From sequence record ON631220.1: DNA of 64,000 nt. One strand, written 5' to 3'. Below are positions 1 through 15,231 of the stretch, one piece after another. Both the position numbers and the translations under genes were made by a program. The notes beneath the pieces are model-generated. The model did not search any database. It had not been told where the DNA came from and saw only the letters and a program-made list of their open reading frames with translations. Each line of letters opens with the position of its first letter. Positions within the stretch are counted from its first letter, which is position 1.

Positions 1-1
1 A

Positions 2-364
2 CTAGATATTAAGTTAGCAGTAAGCCCGATAATCAAAGTTGCTGAGTTAGGTGAAATAGACGGTCCTGAACAATTTAAGATGAAGGATTTACACAATCGT
101 TTAGAGAGCCGCCTAGCGACTAATGAACTTAGGGATGCAGGTAACCGTAATTTAGTGTACGATTATTACCTATATCCTGTAGATGAGAATCTGTGGGTTG
201 CGGTGCAGCAGAGTGCGCACATTGCAAGTAGCGATCCTAGACGTGTCTCAATTCAACTTAACCATACTTTCTTTGATAGTATGATAAATGAAATGTTGAA
301 CACCCGCCCACGTGAATCCGTGGCGTCAACACAAATTTTTACCTATTATTTGGAGAGCTGCTAG
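2..364 (+). CDS. Virion structural protein, phiKZ gp119-like (5'-truncated by the window edge)
   Basis: The frame of the 80..364 ORF is open back to position 2 (LDIKLAVSPIIKV...). It lies directly upstream of the capsid gene. Confidence 0.75.
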   Translation, partial: LDIKLAVSPIIKVAELGEIDGPEQFKMKDLHNRLESRLATNELRDAGNRNLVYDYYLYPVDENLWVAVQQSAHIASSDPRRVSIQLNHTFFDSMINEMLNTRPRESVASTQIFTYYLESC

Positions 365-436
365 GTTGATTCCGGAAAAGATGCTTAGTAGACCCAAATT
401 TTTAAACCAAAAACTCATCCTACGTAGGAATAAAAA

Positions 437-2680
437 ATGAGCGTACATGCCCTAAGAGAACTGTTTAAACACAAAGGCGAAAAGAAATACGAAGTCTTCT
501 CAATGGAAGATTTCATTGGCCGCCTAGAAAGTGAAATTGGTCTAAATGACAGCGTTGTTAGTCAAGGTCGTTCCCTTGTTAGCACCATTTCACATGAAAA
601 CTTCGGTACCGTACAAGCTACCGACGTTCAAGATGCTGCTGCAATTTATAACAAAATGCAAATGCTCGTTAACGATTATGGTTTCGAACGAGTAAGTTCC
701 AGTGATCCTCAAGTACGTGCTCGTGAAGAACGTGTCCGTGAGAACCAGATCACCGCTGCTACCATGGCTGCTATTGCCTGTGCTGATGAAACTAAATATA
801 TCCGTGCACTACGTGGTATTACCAAAGCTAAAGCTTCTAATGAAGATCATGTTAAGGTTGTACAGCATCAGTTCAATGGCCCTGCTGGTGGCATTCAAGT
901 ATTCGAAAATGGTGTTGGCCTAGAGAACTATAACGAGAAGTCACAGCGTGATTTCCGTGTTGTAACTATTGGTTATAACCTAGCTGCTAGCCGTCAAGAT
1001 GAATTCGCTGAGCGTATTTATCCGACCACCGTTATCAACCCGATTGAAGGTGGTGTTGTTCAGGTTCTTCCTTACATCGCTGTAATGAAAGACGTTTACC
1101 ACGAAGTATCCGGCGTTAAGATGGATAATGAAGAAGTGAACATGGTAGAAGCCTATCGTGATCCTTCCATCCTCGACGATGAAAGCATTGCGCTAATTCC
1201 TGCCCTAGATCCGGCTGGTTCCAATGCTGACTTCTTCGTAGACCCGGCTCTTGTTCCTCCGTACACCATCAAGAACGAGCAGAACCTAACTATCACTACT
1301 GCTCCGCTAAAAGCGAACGTACGTCTTGATCTAATGGGTAACTCCAATGCTAACCTACTCATCCAGCGTGGCATGCTTGAAGTTTCTGACACCATTGATC
1401 CGGCTGGTCGTCTAAAGAACCTATTCGTTCTACTCGGCGGTAAAGTTGTTAAGTTCAAGGTTGACCGTCTACCTCGCGCTGTGTTCCAGCCCGATCTAGT
1501 TGGTGATACCCGGAACGCTGTTATCCGTTTCGATAGCGATGATCTAGTTGTTAGTGGCGATACCACTTTCATCGATGGTTCAGCTGACGGTGTTATCAAT
1601 GATCTTAAGACCGCTAAACTAAGCCTACGTCTAAGCGTTGGTTTTGGTGGTACTATCAGCCTATCCAAAGGCGATTCTAAGTTTGGTGCTACCGACACTT
1701 ACGTCGATAAAGTTCTAAACGAAGATGGTCAGGTAATGGATAATGCTGACCCGGCTGTTAAAGCTATTCTAGATCAGCTAACTGACCTAGCTGTTATCGG
1801 TTTCGAACTAGACACTCGCTTCACCAACACTAACCGTCGTCAGCGTGGTCACCTACTACAGACCCGTGCACTACAGTTCCGTCATCCGATCCCGATGCAC
1901 GCTCCTGTAACTCTACCGATGGACACCATGACCGATGAAGGTCCGGGTGAGGTTGTTAAAGCTCTAACTGTTAACACCAACATCCGTAACAGCAACAACG
2001 CTGTTAAGCGCATGCTTAACTACCTTGCTCAACTACGTGAAGTTGTACACAATGGTTACAACCGTCCGAAGTTTGGTATCATCGAAGGCGCACTATCCGC
2101 TGTAATGCGTCCGACCTATCGTTACAAAGAACTAGATCTTGAGAAAGTCATCGACACCATCAAGTCTAAAGATCGTTGGGACGACGTTTGCGCTGCGATC
2201 CTAAACTGTGTTAAAGCTGAGCTATTCCCGGCTCACCGTGATTCCAACATTGAAGCTGCCTTCCGTGTTATCTCCGGTAACCAGGATGAAACTCCGATGT
2301 ATCTCTTCTGCTCCGACAAAGAGATTGCTAACTATCTAATGACTAAAGGTGACGACCGTACTCTAGGTGCTTATCTCAAGTACGATATCGTTTCCACCAA
2401 CAACCAGCTATTCGATGGTAAGCTAGTTGTAATTCCGACCCGCGCAGTACAACAAGAAAACGACATCCTCTCCTGGGGTCAGTTCTTCTACGTATCTACT
2501 GTTATCGCTGACCTACCGATCACTCGTGGTGGTCACCAGGTTACTCGCGAAATCGCGGCCATTCCGTTCAACCTACACGTCAACAACATTCCGTTCGCAC
2601 TAGAGTTCAAGATCACTGGCTTCCAGAAAGTCATGGGCGAAACTCAGTTCAACGGTAAGCTTGCTGATCTTAAGCCGTGA
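437..2680 (+). CDS. Major capsid protein (phiKZ gp120)
   Basis: 747 aa, recognised from the N-terminus MSVHALRELFKH. Has a GLE|NY protease-type site near residue 163, strong codon bias and an AGGA SD. Confidence 0.97.
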   Translation: MSVHALRELFKHKGEKKYEVFSMEDFIGRLESEIGLNDSVVSQGRSLVSTISHENFGTVQATDVQDAAAIYNKMQMLVNDYGFERVSSSDPQVRAREERVRENQITAATMAAIACADETKYIRALRGITKAKASNEDHVKVVQHQFNGPAGGIQVFENGVGLENYNEKSQRDFRVVTIGYNLAASRQDEFAERIYPTTVINPIEGGVVQVLPYIAVMKDVYHEVSGVKMDNEEVNMVEAYRDPSILDDESIALIPALDPAGSNADFFVDPALVPPYTIKNEQNLTITTAPLKANVRLDLMGNSNANLLIQRGMLEVSDTIDPAGRLKNLFVLLGGKVVKFKVDRLPRAVFQPDLVGDTRNAVIRFDSDDLVVSGDTTFIDGSADGVINDLKTAKLSLRLSVGFGGTISLSKGDSKFGATDTYVDKVLNEDGQVMDNADPAVKAILDQLTDLAVIGFELDTRFTNTNRRQRGHLLQTRALQFRHPIPMHAPVTLPMDTMTDEGPGEVVKALTVNTNIRNSNNAVKRMLNYLAQLREVVHNGYNRPKFGIIEGALSAVMRPTYRYKELDLEKVIDTIKSKDRWDDVCAAILNCVKAELFPAHRDSNIEAAFRVISGNQDETPMYLFCSDKEIANYLMTKGDDRTLGAYLKYDIVSTNNQLFDGKLVVIPTRAVQQENDILSWGQFFYVSTVIADLPITRGGHQVTREIAAIPFNLHVNNIPFALEFKITGFQKVMGETQFNGKLADLKP

Positions 2681-2761
2681 GCTGGAAAGGGTTACCGTTA
2701 TCTAGAAAATGGGACTATCCGTTATTTGGAAGACGGTAATGCCCGGAAGTTAGAAGAGTAA
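2681..2761 (+). other. In-frame 26-codon extension after the capsid TGA (AGKGYRYLENGTIRYLEDGNARKLEE*); putative readthrough segment
   Basis: Open in the capsid frame up to TAA 2759-2761. The terminator lies after this TAA. The motif is shared with the gp143 C-terminus. Confidence 0.6.
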
Positions 2762-2764
2762 CAG

Positions 2765-2797
2765 ACATAGGCCCTCCCTTCGGGGAGGGCTTTATGT
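2765..2797 (+). terminator. Stem-loop terminator GCCCTCCC-TTCG-GGGAGGGC
   Basis: Perfect 8-bp GC stem with a TTCG loop, followed by TTTATGTTGT. Confidence 0.9.
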
Positions 2798-2799
2798 TG

Positions 2800-2835
2800 T
2801 ATTACATTAAAAAAAGTTTAAGATCTATATTACAG
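2800..2835 (+). promoter_or_regulatory. phiKZ-type early promoter (TATATTAC at 2826-2833)
   Basis: Matches the known phiKZ early motif with an upstream A-tract. 35/36 identical to 54512-54547. Confidence 0.85.
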
Positions 2836-2876
2836 TAATGATCATGATCTTCTAATTTAAAAATAGGTTAATCCAA

Positions 2877-3329
2877 ATGAACGTTCAATTATTTCCAGAA
2901 GTCATTGAAAGATGGCAAGATGCCCTAAGGGTATCTCTTATAGAAAAAAATACCATGGTAGATAATAAGATGTCTACCGTAGATGATGATAAATACATTA
3001 ATACTTTCTTTGAAGAATTCCATCCTGTTCAGGATGCCTTTATGCCCAAAGGGCTAGAGGACTTTATTACAGATTATGCCAAGAAAAACATTGAGGAGAT
3101 CCCTCAAGAAAAACAGTTTAAGCGGGCCACCGAAAAGTTATATTGTTCGAGTGACCCGCATAAATGGCAGAAATCAAGTAATAAGGAAAAGAGTGAATCC
3201 TTCAAGGGAAGGTCCGTACATCAAACTAAAAAGAGGCTCCCCAACATTGTAGATTTGGAGGCCGTTGTGATTAAGGTAGATTTCAATGGTAACATTAAAA
3301 ATTGCGGGGCTTACTCAAGTATCAGTTAA
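2877..3329 (+). CDS. Hypothetical protein (gp121 position)
   Basis: 150-aa ORF after an early promoter, with an AGGT SD. Confidence 0.75.
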   Translation: MNVQLFPEVIERWQDALRVSLIEKNTMVDNKMSTVDDDKYINTFFEEFHPVQDAFMPKGLEDFITDYAKKNIEEIPQEKQFKRATEKLYCSSDPHKWQKSSNKEKSESFKGRSVHQTKKRLPNIVDLEAVVIKVDFNGNIKNCGAYSSIS

Positions 3330-4368
3330 GCCCACTATCGATCACCCGTATGATAAGAAATCGGGAACTGCATACACTAAGGGTGATCCATACGCTAATT
3401 GGAATCTCCCTGTCTCACGTTTTGTTGAGTATCGGAATGAATCATTTCATCGTATTACTGTAGTCGATTCATCTGGTCACGCTATCAATATTGGGACATC
3501 CCGTAAGTATGTAATGTCTAATCGACTAGTAGTTAAGGTCATTTACCGATGGAGTGGTGATGATAGTTTTAACTATGAAGTTATGGCTAAATCTATTCCA
3601 GGTTTTACACCTGAGGAAATGTTAGAATATATTCAGTCATTTAGTCGACAGACATTCGATCAGTTTAATAATCAGCTATCTGAGATTACTATTTGGTATT
3701 CAATTGACTTATCAAAACTAGTAGATCAGTATCATGGCGGTTGGATTCAGAGTTTAGGTATCCAAGTATTTAAAACTGAGTATAGTCAGTATTTTGAATT
3801 TTATCCAAATAGAAATATTAGTCCTCCTGGTTACAGCGGACTTAGTCCAGAAGAAGAAGCACTTTCTAATCAAGTATGGAATGAAACATATTCTTTAACG
3901 TATAATACTGACATCAATAAACCAGATAAATTGTTTTATGTAATGGCTGGCAGAATTATGGCCATTGAGTCAATCTATAATCCATCATTAGATCCTGGTC
4001 TTATTGTTAATATCCGTGGTAAGCATGGGTGTATCAGTCATAATGGCGAAAAGAGATATGTAATACCTCCTGAACAGTTCCATGAAAATGGTTTCTTTAG
4101 AACACATGAAGAAGCTGCTGCAATGGTTGGAATTAAAGATAAGAAAGTTATTGAACGTCTTAAGACTGCGCTCTTAACAGCAGCTGATATTAAGGAAAGG
4201 GAAGCCCAGGAAAAAGCAGCTGGTACGTTTGATAAAGAATTCAAACCAAAAGATGTTGTATTGATTCATGGTCTAAAATGGGGTGATCTAAACTCCATTG
4301 CCTCTGATCTAGTATCATCCATTAAAATTGTAGGTTCACTGATGGATTTAATTTTGCCAAAAGTTTAG
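3286..4368 (+). CDS. Hypothetical protein (gp122 position)
   Basis: 360-aa ORF with an AAGGT SD, in the same operon as gp123. Confidence 0.85.
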   Translation: MVTLKIAGLTQVSVKPTIDHPYDKKSGTAYTKGDPYANWNLPVSRFVEYRNESFHRITVVDSSGHAINIGTSRKYVMSNRLVVKVIYRWSGDDSFNYEVMAKSIPGFTPEEMLEYIQSFSRQTFDQFNNQLSEITIWYSIDLSKLVDQYHGGWIQSLGIQVFKTEYSQYFEFYPNRNISPPGYSGLSPEEEALSNQVWNETYSLTYNTDINKPDKLFYVMAGRIMAIESIYNPSLDPGLIVNIRGKHGCISHNGEKRYVIPPEQFHENGFFRTHEEAAAMVGIKDKKVIERLKTALLTAADIKEREAQEKAAGTFDKEFKPKDVVLIHGLKWGDLNSIASDLVSSIKIVGSLMDLILPKV

Positions 4369-4377
4369 GAGTTTATA

Positions 4378-6009
4378 ATGCCGGATCCATTTCTAATTGA
4401 AAAGATTCGTGAAAATACGCCTTGCATGAATCCAACACTAGCAAATGGTATCACAGTCGAACACACCATGACTCGTGATCCAAATACTGGTGTTAATATG
4501 ACTAGGCGTTATATTGATTCTTTATTTGATATCAGTTCAGTTCTATTTCCCGATGGCTTCAAATATGAAGGCAATCGTGCATGTACGCCGCTTAAGCATT
4601 TTGAAGAGATTACTCGGGAATATAATGCTAAGCGTATTGCCAATATTGCTCCAACTGATATGTACATGATTGACCTAATGTTTAGTTATAAAGGGGAAAT
4701 GCTTTATCCTCGCCCAATGCTGTTACCAGCTTTTAAGAGAGGCAATATGGTAACTATCAATGGTGCGAAATATATTGGTTCACCAGTATTAACTGATGTT
4801 GGGTTCTCTGTACTTAATGATAGTATCTTCATCCCGTTTCGTCGTACTAAGCTAACCTTTAAACAAACTGACCACCATTACATGTGCAATGGTCAGCGTA
4901 AAATCATGTATGTGATCTGGTCACAGATTCACAATGAAATGGCTAAGCGTACTAAACGAGATCTGGATAATCGACCACACATTGAGTCATGTTTAGCTCA
5001 TTATTTCTTCTGTCAGTTTGGAGTGACTCAAACTTTCAAACAATGGGCTAATGTAGATATTAAGTGTGGGCTACTGTCTGATTTTCCTGAAGAAGAATAT
5101 CCACGTGAAAAGTGGAATATTTATTCCAGTGCAACGTTAAAAGGCAAACATCCCACCGGTGAAATGGTTCTTGTTATGCCTCGTCATCAAGAATCTATTT
5201 TTGCCACACGACTTATCGCTGGTTTCTGGTATGTGGTCGATGCGTTTCCAATGCGGTTTACTCGACCTGAGTATGTAGATAGTACCAACTTATGGCGTGT
5301 TATCCTAGGTCACATGGTGTTTGGTGATTTTGAGCACCAAGGTAAAGTAGAGGAAAACATTGATTCACACCTACACAGTTTCTGTAATTCACTAGACGAA
5401 ATGACTATTGAAGAACTTAAAACAGTTGGTGTCAATGTAAGTACTATTTGGGAACTTCTTTACGAGATCATGACTAGTTTGGCTCATCATCTTTATGCTA
5501 CCGATATTGATGAAACTAGTATGTATGGTAAAAGGTTAACAGTGCTACATTACTTGATGTCGGAGTTTAACTATGCTGTAAGTATGTTTGGTTATATGTT
5601 CCAGTCTAGGCGTGATCGTGAATGGACTGTGCAAGAGTTAAATGAAGGTTTAAAACGTTCCTTTAAACTACAAACAGCTATTAAACGATTAACAGTGGAT
5701 CATGGTGAACTCGATACAATGAGTAATCCAAACTCCAGTATGTTGATTAAAGGGACATCTATCCTAGTTACACAGGATCGAGCTAAAACAGCTAAGGCAC
5801 ATAATAAGTCTCTAATCAATGACTCATCTAGGATTATTCACGCATCTATTGCTGAGGTAGGTCAATATAAAAACCAACCTAAGAACAACCCGGATGGTCG
5901 AGGTAGGCTTAATATGTATACCAAAGTGGGTCCAACTGGACTAGTTGAACGTCGTGAAGAAGTACGGGAAATAATTGATAATGCTCAATTAATGTTCCGT
6001 GCAAAATAA
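4378..6009 (+). CDS. Non-virion RNA polymerase subunit, beta N-terminal-like fragment (phiKZ gp123)
   Basis: 543 aa, recognised as gp123. The C-terminal HASIAEVGQYKNQPKNNPDGRGRLN resembles the RpoB [23 protein letters not shown] region. Confidence 0.92.
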   Translation: MPDPFLIEKIRENTPCMNPTLANGITVEHTMTRDPNTGVNMTRRYIDSLFDISSVLFPDGFKYEGNRACTPLKHFEEITREYNAKRIANIAPTDMYMIDLMFSYKGEMLYPRPMLLPAFKRGNMVTINGAKYIGSPVLTDVGFSVLNDSIFIPFRRTKLTFKQTDHHYMCNGQRKIMYVIWSQIHNEMAKRTKRDLDNRPHIESCLAHYFFCQFGVTQTFKQWANVDIKCGLLSDFPEEEYPREKWNIYSSATLKGKHPTGEMVLVMPRHQESIFATRLIAGFWYVVDAFPMRFTRPEYVDSTNLWRVILGHMVFGDFEHQGKVEENIDSHLHSFCNSLDEMTIEELKTVGVNVSTIWELLYEIMTSLAHHLYATDIDETSMYGKRLTVLHYLMSEFNYAVSMFGYMFQSRRDREWTVQELNEGLKRSFKLQTAIKRLTVDHGELDTMSNPNSSMLIKGTSILVTQDRAKTAKAHNKSLINDSSRIIHASIAEVGQYKNQPKNNPDGRGRLNMYTKVGPTGLVERREEVREIIDNAQLMFRAK

Positions 6010-6044
6010 ATTAAATCTTTAACTACTTAATAGGTATTATTCAC

Positions 6045-8210
6045 ATGAACTATGCACAGTACAATCTACCTGTCGATTTTGAGAGTGTAGATACCAGTAC
6101 TTTCGATCCTAACCTACCTAATGGGAATTATCTGTTTAGCTTACCGCTACAGTTATCACCACATCAACAACATCCTCAACTACAACCATATTTCAATGGT
6201 GTAATTGGACTGTTCCGGCTGAATGCTCAAAATGCGGCTACCACCACTCAGCTTCATGCATTTGCGTATAATCTGCTATCTAGTAATGGTTTCCAGAATA
6301 ACTATTATCACCAGTGGGCTCAGAAAGTTATTGACTTTCTAGAATTTCTATTTATTCATCGTCAAATGGTGAACAACCCACAGCAGGCAATGCAGCAAGC
6401 TGCATCTCTAGTATGGTCTGGTTTTGTTGGTAAATGTGCTCAAACCTTCCCGCAGTTACAAAGTCTAGTTCAACATCTAATGCCGAATATCCAACAGGCA
6501 CTTGGTGTAATCGGACAGATTGAATCAGATATCCAAAAGATGCGTATGGGTGGCAACACCATGATGCAGGGTGGATATCAACAACCTGGTGTACAGCCTG
6601 GAGGTTTCCCTGGGATGGGTGCAGCAATGGGTCGTCCTGGCATGAGTTCACAACTACCTCCAATTAATGCAGGTATCCAACAGACCTATGGTCAACCGGC
6701 TACCATGGCTAATCCACAGCTGAACATTCCAGGGGCATATACACCAACAACTAATCATGACACTGGTTCATCAATTGCAAATGCTGCATATGACGTACCT
6801 GGTTCTTCTCCTTTCCTGGAAAATAAACCAGTCATGCAACCTAAAGACTCTTGGGGTGCAACTGTTGAAGTATCTCCAAATAGCAGTTATGATACAATCC
6901 CTGGTGGAGGTGATGTAATGATTCTACCTGAACTACAACAAAATGCAAATACTGTAACTAATGATAATACGGATCTACCCATCCCTCAAGATGTGAAAGA
7001 ACTCGTATTCGATCCGAACTATTATGTACCCAACGGATTTGTAATTAATAAAGATCGTCCGATGGATGTTATCTATAATCCGGGCGGTATTGAAATCCGA
7101 CCTGCTCATCTAGTTGCAGATAAACCTGATTGGGTACGTACGGCTAGTTCAGCTAATCCATACAGCATCCTAATGGACCCGGCAGTATATTGTCGCTTCC
7201 TTGCTAAATGGCCTGATAACACTGTACATGAAGTATATCGTAAGTGGGAGAATCACATGGAAATGGATTATCTAAAGCATGAGCTTCAAGATGATCTCCG
7301 TCGTCAAGCACATCGTGGTGGTGGCGCACGTACTGCAACCAGTTATAAGCTATCTACCATTATGGGTGATGCCAAACCGGTTAAAGAAGTAGCCGAAGAG
7401 TTTTCACCAAATGATGCCGGGTTAACTGATAATCGTGAACATGATCCAGTTATCCTAGAAGGTTATATTGCCTGTGCAAATAATCTTGAAGCAGAAGCTG
7501 GCGCACTCAATGCAGTTCGTGAAGCACTTGAGCTAAGTGAAGATGATGTAGTTCCGGCACATGAGTATCGTGCAGCGTCGTCCCATCCATTTGATGCTTC
7601 AACTGAAGTTATGTATGAGATCGAGGATATTCGAAAAGAACCCGATCCGCATCTAATTGCAAAGCGCCTTAAGCAACTAATGCTAGATGGTAAGCTGACT
7701 CAACGCTACTATCGGTTCCTAGTTGAAAGGCTAACCAGTGCAGTTAATGAGTTCCTGGCTGATTCAATGAGTCAGAAGGTAACTATTGATGACTTCTGTG
7801 AGGATATCGGTGATCTTATCGCATATCTGATCGGTAAGAAGGGTAAGTCAGTAGCTGATAAATTTATTGCTAGTATTCCGTTTATTGTTGGGCGGAGTAT
7901 GTGTGTTAATATTGATCCAGAAGAAGGTAATTCTATTCTAGATCTATCAGTGCGTTTCCAAACTGGCTGGCGTCTTGAAGAACTATCCTGCTTAAATATT
8001 TACACTGAGAAAGCAGTACTTATCAGTAAACTTACCGAACCTAAGATTACTCAAGTAATCATGGGAATGGCAAAACGTCTAAATAGCTCTAAAGATTCAG
8101 ATGATACACGTACACACAAAATGTACATTATCACTGCTGATGGATCTTATCTACAAGTTATTCGTGGTGCTCTTGTTGATAATGCTGTTCTACTTAAGCT
8201 TATCAAATAA
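6045..8210 (+). CDS. Hypothetical protein with a Q/P/G/M-rich low-complexity region (gp124 position)
   Basis: 721-aa ORF with an AGGT SD, followed by a terminator. Confidence 0.9.
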   Translation: MNYAQYNLPVDFESVDTSTFDPNLPNGNYLFSLPLQLSPHQQHPQLQPYFNGVIGLFRLNAQNAATTTQLHAFAYNLLSSNGFQNNYYHQWAQKVIDFLEFLFIHRQMVNNPQQAMQQAASLVWSGFVGKCAQTFPQLQSLVQHLMPNIQQALGVIGQIESDIQKMRMGGNTMMQGGYQQPGVQPGGFPGMGAAMGRPGMSSQLPPINAGIQQTYGQPATMANPQLNIPGAYTPTTNHDTGSSIANAAYDVPGSSPFLENKPVMQPKDSWGATVEVSPNSSYDTIPGGGDVMILPELQQNANTVTNDNTDLPIPQDVKELVFDPNYYVPNGFVINKDRPMDVIYNPGGIEIRPAHLVADKPDWVRTASSANPYSILMDPAVYCRFLAKWPDNTVHEVYRKWENHMEMDYLKHELQDDLRRQAHRGGGARTATSYKLSTIMGDAKPVKEVAEEFSPNDAGLTDNREHDPVILEGYIACANNLEAEAGALNAVREALELSEDDVVPAHEYRAASSHPFDASTEVMYEIEDIRKEPDPHLIAKRLKQLMLDGKLTQRYYRFLVERLTSAVNEFLADSMSQKVTIDDFCEDIGDLIAYLIGKKGKSVADKFIASIPFIVGRSMCVNIDPEEGNSILDLSVRFQTGWRLEELSCLNIYTEKAVLISKLTEPKITQVIMGMAKRLNSSKDSDDTRTHKMYIITADGSYLQVIRGALVDNAVLLKLIK

Positions 8211-8245
8211 GCATAAAAGCCCCTCTTCGGAGGGGCTTATTTATG
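8211..8245 (+). terminator. Stem-loop terminator AAGCCCCTC-TTCG-GAGGGGCTT
   Basis: 9-bp stem with a TTCG loop right after the stop codon. Confidence 0.85.
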
Positions 8246-8290
8246 AATGATGTGTTGTTTAATCAAATATTGTAAAAAAGGAGTAATACA

Positions 8291-8923
8291 ATGCTAGCTA
8301 AAATGAATAAATTCTTCAAAGAATTACTAAACAAAAACACGGTGAATATGGCAGGGCTATTCGATGATGTGGTATTGATGAATAGTTATAATAACTATAA
8401 ACCAGATTTCAATGACACTGTAGAAGTAAATACAAAATGTGATCTACCGGCAAATGGTAAAGTCCTAGTTCTATATGTCGTTCAAGATACAATGGATATG
8501 TATATTTGGGATGGTCAACAATATCTTTCTTATAATCCATATTCTACTGAGCAATTAGCACCAATGATTGATGACCCATCAGCATTTATTCCATCAACCA
8601 AAGCCAATACCTCTCTAAAAGTAACCTATGGTATCTGGGCACTTAAGAAAGATTTAGAAACTATCCAGAAGTATTCAATTGGAATGCACACTCTGCTTGA
8701 TAAACATTCACTAGCAAGAGTTAACGATAAGAATCCTATTAATAAGGTATTCTTCGAAACATGTCATAAAGCCCTATATACTGCACTTCGTGAATCATAC
8801 AAAAACAACATGGTTAAACCACAAATTGCAGATGCAGTCACCAAGGAAGGATGTTGGTTTGGGCGAGATCATCGATCTAATAAACTGTCATTTAAATGCG
8901 GTGAATTTAAGGTTGAATGGTGA
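8291..8923 (+). CDS. Hypothetical protein (gp125 position)
   Basis: 210-aa ORF with an AGGAG SD and tandem TGA-TAA stops. Confidence 0.85.
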   Translation: MLAKMNKFFKELLNKNTVNMAGLFDDVVLMNSYNNYKPDFNDTVEVNTKCDLPANGKVLVLYVVQDTMDMYIWDGQQYLSYNPYSTEQLAPMIDDPSAFIPSTKANTSLKVTYGIWALKKDLETIQKYSIGMHTLLDKHSLARVNDKNPINKVFFETCHKALYTALRESYKNNMVKPQIADAVTKEGCWFGRDHRSNKLSFKCGEFKVEW

Positions 8924-8936
8924 TAATTAAGTAATG

Positions 8937-8983
8937 GCATAAACCCCTCTCCGCATGGAGAGGGGCTATGTCTTTATTTTTTT
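8937..8983. terminator. Bidirectional terminator at a convergent junction
   Basis: CCCCTCTCC-GCAT-GGAGAGGGG followed by a T-rich tract. Confidence 0.85.
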
Positions 8984-8985
8984 AT

Positions 8986-9429
8986 TTAACTGCTTTCAAA
9001 TTCAAGAGTTACTGGTATAGTTGGTATCCATGACAAGTTATTAAAGTATGGATGTATCGTAACCGTATTCCCAGTAATAGGCTGCGGTTGTATCTCTTCT
9101 ATAATAAATGGAATACCGTAAACATCCCTTAATTTTTCAGCTACTTCTAAATTATCAGTATAGTCAGTTGGTTTACCTGGTACCTTTATGCCAAGACAGT
9201 ACTCTGGTAAAGAGCGTCTATTAAAGTAAATAACTGCCTCACCTTTAAAATAAAGTGAACTGGTCTTCGCTCTCATTGTTGTTTTGGCATTTGTACCAGT
9301 TGCTAAGAATGTATCAGTTCCTATGAATTCAACATCATCAACAGTTAAATCCCTAGGCCTACCATTATTATCTTTAGGTTTATTAGCCACATTCCAAGCA
9401 GCTACCAATTCAGCTCTTGTATCAGCCAT
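8986..9429 (-). CDS. Virion structural protein (gp126-like)
   Basis: 147 aa; shares a Y/F-x-R-x-(D/S)-L module with gp127, gp143 and gp158. Confidence 0.85.
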   Translation of the reverse strand: MADTRAELVAAWNVANKPKDNNGRPRDLTVDDVEFIGTDTFLATGTNAKTTMRAKTSSLYFKGEAVIYFNRRSLPEYCLGIKVPGKPTDYTDNLEVAEKLRDVYGIPFIIEEIQPQPITGNTVTIHPYFNNLSWIPTIPVTLEFESS

Positions 9430-9437
9430 TACACACC

Positions 9438-10313
<876 letters not shown>

Positions 10314-10320
10314 TCACTCC

Positions 10321-12501
<2,181 letters not shown>

Positions 12502-12521
12502 TTACTCACTTTAAAATTTAG

Positions 12522-15221
<2,700 letters not shown>

Positions 15222-15231
15222 TTTCTAAACA

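Noticed and set aside
1153-1698. 181-aa antisense ORF inside the capsid gene (also 702..923 in another frame)
   Set aside because: Shadow ORF from strong codon bias; no SD and an S/R/P-rich composition.
2677-2739. Alternative GTG-start 20-aa ORF overlapping the capsid stop
   Set aside because: No SD and no recognisable motif; the in-frame reading of the same DNA gives the repeat shared with gp143.
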